Origin: Oculina patagonica
Lineage: Eukaryota
Assembly: GCF_052425735.1 (NCBI RefSeq)
Contig: NC_135761.1
Location: 33,914,001 to 33,978,000 of the forward strand
Direction: 5' to 3'
DNA: 64,000 nt
In this document: one piece after another, positions 12,298 to 22,841 of the stretch
Numbering within the stretch: position 1 is the stretch's first letter
Layout: every line of letters begins with the position of its first letter
Made by a program: the position numbers and the translations under genes
Notes under the pieces: model-generated
Database searches by the model: none
What the model saw: only the letters and a program-made list of their open reading frames with translations
What the model was told of the DNA's origin: nothing

Positions 12298-12490
12298 TTA
12301 GTCAACAGGGGTGAAATGGTGAGGGCGCAGCGTTGTCAAAAACGCAATGTCTTGTAATTTTCGTACTCTGGACAGAGCGACGTACCCCAGACCCACAGGC
12401 ACATGTTCGCAATCCATCCACACTACTAGTTTTTCTATTGTCGCCCCTTCGCTCTTAGATATGGTCATGGCGTAGGCTGGTACCATAAGT
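12298..12490 (-). pseudogene. Pif1/RecD-family SF1 helicase C-terminal fragment (Helitron-like)
   Basis: PAYAMTISKSEGATI (motif V) and GLGYVALSRVR (motif VI). Confidence 0.8.
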
Positions 12491-13230
12491 AGCTGGTGCT
12501 TACCGGTCGTAAAATGAGAAAAACTTTCCCACCAAAACTAAACTTGAGCGCGCTCGCCAATAGCGCGATGTTTGCCGACGAGTACTGAAACATTCACACT
12601 GAAACAATGGAGTCGGAGTTTCCAAATTTTTCGCTAAATTTGGATTTTGAAAATTTAGGGAATGAAACTCCAAACAAGCGAATAAAAAAATGCGATGAGA
12701 GGACTTGATAAAAGTGTTGAAGGCCAAAAAAGTATCAATACAAGCAGGTCAACACATTTTGCACTACCTGTCTGGATTTGGCTAAATTTGGGTACGGTAA
12801 ATACCTAATCGTACCTTTTTGGTACGCTTCAGCGGCATATCAGGCTCGTTTGGTCTCGCCATGGGTATTTTGGCTCGACCAAACTCGCCAAAATACGAAC
12901 CATGGCTCGACCAAACTCGCCTGATATGCTGCCGAAGCGTACCAAAAAGGTACGATTAGGTATAAGTATTGTTCCATGAAGATTTTATGAAAATACACAA
13001 TTTAAACTATCTGGTATATGTCATATGGAATATTACTTGAGAAAGTTCCTTGACAAGCACCCCTGAGGGAGACCAGTGCTGGAATAAAGGGCTGTGGAGA
13101 ATCAAGAGCTGGACTGGCAAGGTAGAGTTGGCTGAGGTGGGCTGGGTGGCTAGGCCTGCATGGTTATAGTGGAGCTTCCAGCAGCCCAAAGGGCCGCAGA
13201 GCAGAGCCCCATACCCATAGAAAATTAACA

Positions 13231-13713
13231 TATGAAGTGTAATGTCCGCCAAAATTATACTTGGTATTACGCTAGTGGAACCTGCAGTTTTGTAATTGCG
13301 TTCCGATATCTTGCAATTGGAACCTGCTCTTTTGTTATCGGGTTCTGGTATCTTGCTACTGGAACCTGCTCTTTTCTTTCGTCTTCTGGTGTTTTGCTAC
13401 AGAATCCTGCTTTTTTGTTAATGCGATATTGCATTTTGTTTCTTTGTTCTTGCATTCTGACATTTTGCCATTGGATCATTACAACCTGCACTTTTGTCAT
13501 TTCGTTCTGACATCTTGCTATTGAAAACTTCTCTTTTGTTATTGCTTTGTGACATTTTGCCATTAGAAAATTACGACCTGCACTTTTGTTGTTGTGTTCT
13601 TCTACTTTGATGGTGTTAATTTCATTTTGGTGTTTTGACAAGGTAACATGCAGTTCGGCATGGCACTCAGTGACGCGTTTTTGGACACAATAATTTATTT
13701 CCCGCCAAAATGT
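13231..13713 (+). repeat. Left terminal inverted repeat (483 bp)
   Basis: Reverse complement of 23730-24212; internal ~42-bp subrepeats. Confidence 0.97.
13698..13709. promoter_or_regulatory. E2F-type site TTTCCCGCCAAA at the inner edge of the left TIR
   Basis: Matches the TTTSSCGC consensus with an overlapping TTTGGCGG on the other strand. It lies ~90 bp upstream of the E3 ATG and is mirrored at 23734-23745. Confidence 0.5.
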
Positions 13714-13801
13714 AAGTATTTTAATTTATGCAAAAATCTCGCGAAATGATTGGTTGAAAAGTACTCGTCGGCGAAAAGGCCATGTGATCAATGTGATCAA
13801 C

Positions 13802-16800
13802 ATGGCGGACCAAGAAGACTCGCAAACACCATTTGACCATCACAGGGCCGTTTCTTTGCTCGTAGAAGCAACCCAGTTTCTCAGGGAATACTCAGGCGGC
13901 AGTGCTGTGTCGACTCAAAGCCGTAGCGGCGAAAATTCCGAGATTCAGCCTACAGGATCACGCCGGAATGAACCGAACAGCAGCCAAAGATTACAGGCGA
14001 ATCACTCAAGGTTTCCTCACACAACAACAACAACTTCGAGCGTATTTGCAGACCAGAACAGGCAGGGAAACGAAGATAACGTGCTTGGCGGAAGTTTGGC
14101 ACGAAACAGTGCTGCAAATGGAAGAGTACTTGATAATTTTCGAAGTCTGTTTTCACCCTATGGTCGCGAAACGTCGTCAACTAGCTCATCAAGTGTACAA
14201 TCGCCATCCGCCAGTAAGAGAAGGAAACGTAACACATTGTTCTTTAAAAGAGAAACTTGGACTCACGAATTTTTCTGCTTGGCAGATAAAGATCAAATGG
14301 TAGCACCCAGCAGATCTTTAAAGATCCAACTTCAGGAGGCTGGCTTAGGCCGCAAAAAAGTATGCCTTAATGGTAGAGCTGACGCAACGGAGGTGAAGAC
14401 GACTCTAGAAGAAAGCTATCCGAAGTTAAAAGAGGGTGGAGGATTTGAGATACTAAGACGTGGCCCAAGCCCTAGCGAACTGACCTTAATTCCACCACCA
14501 CCATCGGGATATACTGTAAAATTCTTACGCGACTCCGCAGGATTGGGGCAAGCAATCGCGTTTGTGAGACCATTGCAATGCAACCTCAACCGGGAAGCCA
14601 TCAAACCTGTTCAGTCAGACCACAGCCAGGTGGGTGTTCAAATAATTATATTATTATATTCACTTCGGAAATTTTTAAAAGGCTACAGAGGACTGGCAAT
14701 AGAGATGAAAATTCTGTTTTAATGCACCAAATGATCCTTCCCCCTCATTTCTTTGAGCCATTTGAATACACCTACGGCACATTTGTTATCTTTGGGACAT
14801 TTTAGGCAAAAGGATCTGTGACATCACCCTATATAACCAATATCTTTCAATGTATCTTTGTATGTGTCTCTGAAACAGGATTCTGGCAGTGTTCCAAAAG
14901 TTGCTTGTATCAACTGTAGTCTTGAGATTCCAGTAACTCTTGTCAGACAACATTTGGCTGTTTGCTGCAATGATGATGACTTGTGAGTACAATTCACATG
15001 TAATAGTAATGAAAAATACAGTTTAGGTTGTTTTGAAAAGTGATCAAAGTTTTGTAATTTTCTTGTAAATGTATTTAGCAGTATGAAAAGTCTATCCAAT
15101 TGTTCTATCTCATACTTTTGTTGTTAGGTTACATGGTCTCACTCCTTCTAGAGTCAAAAATGGGTACTGAGGGACCTAACTGCACCTAAATACATGTAGT
15201 AACAATTCCTAAATTACAATTCCTTTTACCATCGTGGCAGAATTTTGAAAAGTGTAAATGTTTGTTTCTCTAGACAACTTGAAATGCCTACAAATATTTC
15301 AGTTGACAGAAACAGGCAGTTTGTGCTGATTTCTAATCTTATCCTTTGGTAGGCCAGACATTGCTTGTAGTGATGGAACCACAAGTACAGAATCCATAAC
15401 TCAAGTGAGGACTTAATTCATTATACACCTGTAGACTGAATTTTAGTTATACAGGATGAATGTACAGTCTAGCACACAACCTACATCTATTTCCTTTACC
15501 ATCTACATGTTTATCATTTAAGGGACCGGTCATAAAGTACAGGGGGGGGGGTGGGCTATGAAATTTTTTCTTTTTAAGTACTGATTTTCAGTGGCCCACC
15601 CCCGAATTATTTGACAAAATTGGGGCGGCCCACCCCTGGAGTGGCACAGAAAAACCAAGTGGCCCACCCCCCCCCCCCCAACCAAAATCAGTAATGTAGA
15701 TAGGTACATAGGGAACATTGGCTTACCACTTTAGTCAGAATCTCCAAAAACTTTTCGAGATCAAAAGTTTGAATCATGTCAGTGTTAGAATCCTGAAATG
15801 CTATTTTAGACATTCTGCTAGAATTTTTGTACTGTAACGGTCGTAGATGTAGCCTCTGCAGTTTAAGGGGACACTAATAGTTGGTGGTTTTGAGTTAATG
15901 ATGTTTTTACAAAGCAAAGTCAGGAGCCCATGGCAAAGTAAAGGGGTCCGGGGGAATGCTCCCCTGGGAAAATTTTGATTTTAGAAACACAGAAATACTA
16001 TTTTAGGCATTCCGGTAGAATATTTGTGCCATTGTAGATGTAGTCTCTGCAGTTTAAAGGGATAACAATAGTTTGTGTTTTTGAGTTACGATGTTTGGTA
16101 CATGGCAGATTAGGGGGTCTGGGGGGATGTTCCCCCAGGAAAATTTAAATTTTTAACACCTCAGAAACGCTGTTTTAGGCATCCTGATAGAATGTTTGCG
16201 CTTTTATAGATGCTGTTTAATGAATAATTTAACCATGACCCACCCCTAATGCAGTGCATTTTTTTTCCTGACCCACCCTTTTTGACAAGTTGAAAAATAG
16301 TGGCCCACCCCCAATTTTTCATAGCCCACCCCCCCCCTGTACTTTATGACCGGTCCCTAATACAACATGGCAATATACTTTTCATGGGATGGGTAGATTT
16401 TATATTCACGTCTATCAGTGTGCTAAATATGCTGTTTGCATGAGCCATGAGTGATTTTCAATTGGGAAATTTGATATTATTAAATCATTGTGAAACTGTT
16501 ATATTTATTGGACTTCATGTATTTGTCCAATTATATCAATGAGTGTAATTTTATTAGTCAAATGTTGTGCTTTTAGGCCCCTGTACTTTTAAGTTCTCCA
16601 TCCAGTTCCACTGGTGATGTGCATGCCACTTTCAATAACAATTTGAGTGGTGAAGAATTGAGTAGTTCCACTGCACACCCACTGTCACTTGTAAGTTTGT
16701 CTGTGGCAAAGTGCTACTCTTAGTGATAAAATTAATCTTTTCCCAAAAACAAACTACACTGTACATGGAATTAACAGGTATTTTTCTAAATGGTAACAAA

Positions 16801-19800
16801 AAATATACTATTACTAGTACATAATTATATGCCAGTAGTCTATTACCTGTAGGCATTGTTATATGTATTTTCTGCTACTAAGTACATGTTAGTTCAGTTA
16901 AAATTGCAGAGAAATGTGATCTCCAAATGCTACTGGAGTTGCTTTCATTATGTCTAGTACAACTGTCTCAGTTCATTTGTAAGGATTTATTGCGTTCTCG
17001 TGTGTAAATGATATGACAGTGTAGTTGATTGTATTTGGCAAGCTTTGGGGCAAAACTGGCTACATGCCATATCCAAGATGTATGTGTAATCATACTGTAT
17101 GTTTAGAATATATTTTTGTGATGAAGTAGACCTCATATATATGATATTGTTTTCATCTACTGTAGGACCCTGCTGCTGTAGCAGAGCTGCAGTACTTATT
17201 CCCAGATAAGGATGAAGATTCTCTGAGAGATGTACTTAGCATATGCGAGGGAAACTACAGTTTAGCAGCTTCCAGGCTTGTGAACTGGGATGGCAAGTGA
17301 CATATAATTACCTTAAATAAACAGACCTGGTTTTCTTTTCAGGGAAATGGGTTCATTATGGTTTAAATACAACTTATTTTTTCTTATTTTTTCCATATAA
17401 TGAATCATGGTCTCTTGTACTTGCTAGGAATGCGATAATGTCACAACAACTTATTTTCCAATTTATGTTCTATTATCTGTCATTTGGTGGCCTACGGGAG
17501 GTTAAAAACAAAGAAAATTTCAAACTTTTAGCTCTAAAAGTGTTCATGGTCGCTTACGAGATGTGGTCGTTTACAAGAGGTTCAAAATATAGTTATTTGA
17601 CTAGGAAACTTTTGGTACTTTGGAAAATTAAGAGGTGGTCGCTTATGACAGGTTGCAACCAGAGGTTCGACTATATTTATGTTACATCCACGTTCTCTCT
17701 CCTCTATAGAAAACCAGGCAAGCTCATCCTGTTATCTGGTAGATGAGAGTAAGGATGATGGCAATGACAGTGACTTGATGCAATCTGCATTCAGTTTGGA
17801 TTATTCAAGTAATTTAGGTATTGGATTTATTTGTAGATGTATGTGCCTCATTTCTTTACCCAAGTGTACAACAGGTCAGATATGTCCATGATTGAATGCT
17901 AATGAGATGCACGTTTCTCATGGCAGGCATCACAAAGTGTCCTCATTAAAATGTTCACCAAAACACACCAAAATCTGTCAAATATGAAGTTATATGGAAA
18001 TGCCAAATAACACAGTCAAACATGAAGTACTCATTAAACAATACTTGCATTCAATCCTGGACCAGAGATATCGCAAAGGGCCAGCTGCCAGCTAATTTCA
18101 CCGGCTGAAAGAGATTTCACATGAAAAAACACGAAATTTCACATGAAAACAAGGGCTTAGGTAAACTTTAAAAGATTCCAGGGCCAGAAAAGCCAGTTGG
18201 GCTTGTTGATGAACCGGCTTAGTGTTTTCTTAGCCTGTAAAGCCTGTAAAGACGGTGGTCTGTGTTCCATTAATGTGTAGTCTTTGCTTTGTTTGTAGCT
18301 TAATATGCTAAATAATGCTTAGTATCTGTAAATCCACCCTCCTTGAAATAACATAACTTAGGCATGCTATTAAATAAATAAAAGACATTATCACTATTTT
18401 ACATTAGTGTATTGGAGGTTTGGTGAAGTGAAACTGAACTGCCTATACTTTTATTCATATTTCTTTAGATGAAGATCTACAAAGTATCATGGGGAAGCAC
18501 AGACGACAACTGAACTCTCAAGAATGCAACAGATTAACTGTAGACCGGGAACAATTCTGGGAAGACTGTGTGGTGTTCTTTAAAAACCCAAAGTTCAATC
18601 CAAGATATCCCTTGAGAATCAGATTTGCAGGTGAAGCTGGGCTTGATGCTGGAGGACTTCGTCGTGAATTTGGCTCTCTCTTAATCAGTAAATTGTTCTC
18701 CTCAGAAGCCAAGTTATTTGAGGGTAGTGATGGTAGAAAAGTTCCTGTATGCAATGCTGATGCTGTACATTCAAACCTTTTCCACTTAGCTGGAAAGATT
18801 TGTGCCTACCTGTTGTCCCACTTAGACCTTGGTGTATCTTGCCTTAGTCCAGTGATCTATTCGTACATTGCAACTGATGAAGTCCATGAAGCATCAAAGC
18901 AATGCACCCTGGAAGATATACCAGACTACGACTTGCGTAAATTCATTGAAGAGGTATATATGTGGATGCAACACACATGAATGAGTTTTCTTTTGGATTC
19001 TATAAGTTTTTTTGGACATTTTAACGTGAGTGCAGTAAACAAGTAAACCTGTATAATTGGTCTCCAGTACAGTGCAAATATTGGGGATTGTTTGGGCTTA
19101 ATTTGCAATTGGTTAAATTGCAATTACAACTGCAATGATCACATATTCATTTCCAAAGTTCACATCATCTTCATATGTTTGTAACTTATTTACATTTTGA
19201 ACCTTATTGGAAACTGCTAGTTGGTGGTGGCCCCAGCACAAATCAAAGTTTCGGGGCCCTCTTACATGACTGTTATGATTTAGTTCCCCCCTAAGAATAA
19301 CACAAAAAACTTTTCAACAGTACGTAGCTGGGCTCAGAATTAAAAAGACGGTTTCCTTGTGGCAAGTTCAGAAAGCAGTAAGGAAAAATTTTCAGCTACT
19401 CTTGGAGGACGTTGACCAAGGAAAACTTACAAGGATACCTTCTCAATTTTTAGGATTTATATTGACAGTTCACATTAATCCTGCTAGAAAGATCGTATTT
19501 TAAATTAACTTGTATTTGTGTCAATTTTTTTTTTGATTGCATGTGTTTAACACTGGTATATTGCTTTGATTAATTGAGGATATCTTTGAACATGTAGGTG
19601 AATAATGCGAGCTCTAATGACGAACTTCAGAAAGTCTTGGATGGGAATGATCAAACAGACGCACTGCTAGCAGGAGGATGGGTGCGTGTCTTAACGGTGG
19701 AAAATAAAGGCTTGGCAATGTGGCAGTTGATGATACATGAAGTTATTTTGAAGAGAAAAGTAGCACTTGACCAGTTTTGTGCAGGTTTAAAGGTTCTGGG

Positions 19801-20681
19801 TGTCCGCGAATTGTTGATGGCTCACAGCAAAATCATGGAACCCTACTTTGTTGCAAGGGAGCAGACTCCTCTCAGTGCCGATGCTGTTCTTGGACTGTTT
19901 GAAGACATCTTACAGCAACAGTCAGATGTCAAAAAGGAGCAAGCCCGGCAGCATCTGATCAACGCTATAACAGATCTGGATGTTGAAGGTGCAGTTGTGA
20001 TAGAATAATTTATATTCTATTTGATTTGTTCTATTTTAATCAGTATCTTTATTCACACAACCCCACAAGCTTTATGCTTTAACTATCTTGTTTTTTAATA
20101 CTTTTCTATAAAAATGCCCATTGCTTTACAGGAGGCACTGCCTCATTTGGTTTGTGCTCACTGGGATTGATATAACAGTGATGTGGGATGAAAATAACAT
20201 CAATTATCACGTCCTTGATGTTAAGTTACTGAGCATTTGATGGGGAAGGAAGATAGTAAAAGCACCTACATCCCTCCCTGTTTATAGAATTTTAAATAGG
20301 CCATTTCCGAGTTACCCTTTGCCTCTGTTTCAATCATTTGAATGGTTTTGCACATAGACTCATTTTGAAACAGAGGCTAAAGGTAACTCGGAAATGGCCC
20401 ATTTAATGTTAAAAAATGTCTTGTTTCCTTTCCTTGATGCAGATTCCAAGACCGATCTTCAACACTTTCTGCACTTCTTGACAGGCCTGCAGAAAATTCC
20501 TCCTTTGGGACTAGAAACAAATCTAACAATCACTTATAAGGAGGACACGTCCAAGACTCTTCATGCGGACGTTTGTGCGTACAACTTGAATGTACCTACA
20601 GTCCACGATACCTATGGAGAATTCCAGCATTATTTTCTTCTGACCTGCCGAGTTGGTTATGTTGGCTTTGGCCTAGTTTAG
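13802..20681 (+). CDS. HECT-domain E3 ubiquitin ligase (G2E3-like HECT) with UBZ-like finger and CUE domain, ~815 aa, 9 exons
   Basis: Exons predicted by hand: 13802-14629, 14879-14982, 15353-15404, 16577-16690, 17166-17292 (GC donor), 17710-17817, 18469-18953, 19598-19988, 20443-20681. Phases are compatible; total 2448 nt with no internal stop. HECT motifs: RIRFAGEAGLDAGGLRREF, QFCAGLKVLGV, FLHFLTGLQKIPPLG, ADVCAYNLNVP (catalytic Cys) and C-terminal GFGLV* (-4 Phe). Confidence 0.88.
15522..16357. mobile_element. PIF/Harbinger-type MITE in E3 intron 3
   Basis: TIR GGGACCGGTCATAAAGTACAGGGGGGGG..TGGGCTATGAAA at both ends; 3-bp TSD TAA at 15519-15521 and 16358-16360. Confidence 0.9.
17405..17673. 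mobile_element. Decayed MITE fragment (TA-type end) in E3 intron 5
   Basis: Repeated ggtcgcttacga/gtggtcg motifs ending in gaggttcgactata; only one end is visible. Confidence 0.45.
20295..20403. mobile_element. Short palindromic MITE in E3 intron 8
   Basis: ggccatttccgagttaccctttgcctctgtttcaa ... ttgaaacagaggctaaaggtaactcggaaatggcc forms an inverted repeat. Confidence 0.8.
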
Positions 20682-21185
20682 CGTCACTTGTAATACCGCT
20701 TACTAATAATACACAGGTGTTTTGGCCTTGGTATGAATGTTTGAAAGGATCTACTAAATTAGCCACTGTTAAAAAATATTCATGTTGTGTTTCATTACGT
20801 AACAGATCGGGTACTTCCTATCATACAATCCTGTTGAGTTTTAACTTCATTCCCTTGTTGATGTTATTGATAGTAATGTCTACGATGACTTTGTTATTGA
20901 TACATGTTACGAAGTCTACACTAGGAGTTCATGGTTTCGTTCATTTCAGTTTGCATCGATTTAGTTACATGTTATTTCAGTGGAGTGCAGGACTGTGATT
21001 TTGATATTTAAGTTGTCATTTTTAATACCTTATATCAATATTCTTGGTACACGGAGCATTGAGAAAGAGATCTAATAGTTCCTGTTTGGCACTATCCCAA
21101 TATGTTAATCACAGAGAAGCTTACAACATTGTTACTCAACGTTATGATGATCATGGAAAAAATTTGTCAAAGTTTATACCTGACA

Positions 21186-21232
21186 ATTAAAGTTGTTTTT
21201 ATTACATTGTTAAACATCTAATTTCCTTTATT
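21186..21232. terminator. Facing poly(A) signals between the convergent genes
   Basis: ATTAAA on + at 21186-21191; AATAAA on - at 21198-21203 and 21227-21232. Confidence 0.45.
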
Positions 21233-21264
21233 CTATCTCAGTAACACCTTCACTGTTATCAAAG

Positions 21265-22710
21265 TCAGACGTTCCTCCATTGCTGCATGAATGACAGTGC
21301 ATTCAAGTAAATATCGACACCATAATACATGGAAGGTTCAGCAAGATCCACTTGCCTGGCAAGTGCCTGTATGCCTTGGGAGTCTAAAGCACAAAACGTT
21401 TCTGGAACCTGAACAATGACGCTGTCATCTTCGACTATTCCATCCCACTCTTCGGATGGGGCAGGTCCGTCCCAGTCGATGCCATATGCATTTCGATCCA
21501 CCTGCAAAAAATGTTTACTGCGTGTAATTATGTTTCTTTGGTTGCTTAGGCTAACGTGTTATCGCACACATACAGTGTAAGTAAAGACCCCTCCTCCACA
21601 AACACACACACCACTACACATGTGTAGATATCCCCAGGGATCCAAATTTTGCATTATACGAACTTGATTAATATATCATCAGAAATTGAATACCTGGCCA
21701 TTGAACTCTTCTGCAACTCTTCCAGTGGAATTTGACAGCATTCCTCTAATCCATAGTTGTTCTGGTGATTTGTTATGCTCAGTACTAAGTGGTCCCCTGT
21801 TGTGACCCTCGGCAAACAGGGACAGGTTTCTGTTAATACGGGGTAAGAACACATAGATGGAGTGCAGCCAAATGAAGTTCGTTTGTGATGTCTAAGACTC
21901 CGCATGCTTCCATATAGTAAAACAAATGGTAAAAAACAAATATACACCCAGAGAACATGTCCCTCCATAACCTCTCTATTCTCTGGTTGTGGACACTTCT
22001 CCCCGTAATGTGGCTTCCACGATCCGGCCCTCGTAGTGGGTGCGATAGCATGAACCATGCTACGTCAGTATTTTCTTTACCTTTGTCGGAACGTACTCTA
22101 GATGGAAGGCCGAACTTTTCGACTGCTGACTGGAATGCATCAAAAACAGTGCTGGCCCTGTTGTTTGTTGCACATCGTAGAAATACTATCATTCGAGAGA
22201 AACCGTCGATCCCGCCGTGTATGACAAACCTCCACCTGAAGAGTAACATGCCAAACACGTTAATCAGAAATTGTTAAGATAGCATCAAGAATACTAAAGG
22301 TAGCTTTAAAAGTTGGTTGTTACTGGAAAGCGTAAATAGGATTTTTTGTTCTACCTCTACCCCTGCCTTAGGGTTAGGTTTAGGGTTAGAAAAACAGCCC
22401 TCCTTCACCGTGACGTTGTAATCCGTTACCCGTTTTCCTAACAGACCTGACAAATACTTGCCTTTAGGAGAGGCAGAGGCTAGAAGGGAATTTCGGTAAA
22501 AAAAAAGAAATCAGTTCAAACTTACTTAAATGATTTAGATTTGTTCTCTCTAAAGGACATAACCCTCGTTTTCACTGATAGATAATGACCGTCTCAATTT
22601 CAAAAGGAATACCCCCCCCCCCCGATCTGGCCCCATCGTAGGGCATTTGCTCATGGGGCAATTTCACAAGGCAATTTCTCATGGGGTTATTATTATTATA
22701 ATTATAATTA

Positions 22711-22742
<32 letters not shown>

Positions 22743-22787
22743 GAATAAGACTAAATTTTGATAAACATCGCTTATTTTTATTGTCAA

Positions 22788-22841
<54 letters not shown>

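Larger units (their letters stand above)
10740..12963. mobile_element. Element with asymmetric inverted repeats and a terminal hairpin (possibly Crypton-type non-autonomous ends)
   Basis: ttaggtatgtttaccgtacccaaatt (10740-10765) is the inverted repeat of 12785-12808 apart from a 2-nt indel. 12801-12963 is a ~163-bp imperfect palindrome. The CTGATATGC motif occurs at both ends. The family assignment is inference. Confidence 0.55.

Noticed and set aside
13267-13641. Identical 124-aa ORFs at 13267..13641 (-) and 23802..24176 (+), and the related 13232..13510 / 23933..24469 ORFs
   Set aside because: They lie within or mostly within the TIRs. Their identity reflects the inverted repeat and their periodic sequence reflects the 42-bp subrepeats.
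13802-20681. Calling the HECT gene the host G2E3 ortholog
   Set aside because: It lacks the N-terminal PHD/RING-like fingers of G2E3 and sits inside TIRs with a TSD, so no gene symbol was assigned.
22368-22389. Interstitial telomere (TTAGGG-like)
   Set aside because: Only about three imperfect units are present, of a kind common inside small non-autonomous repeats.
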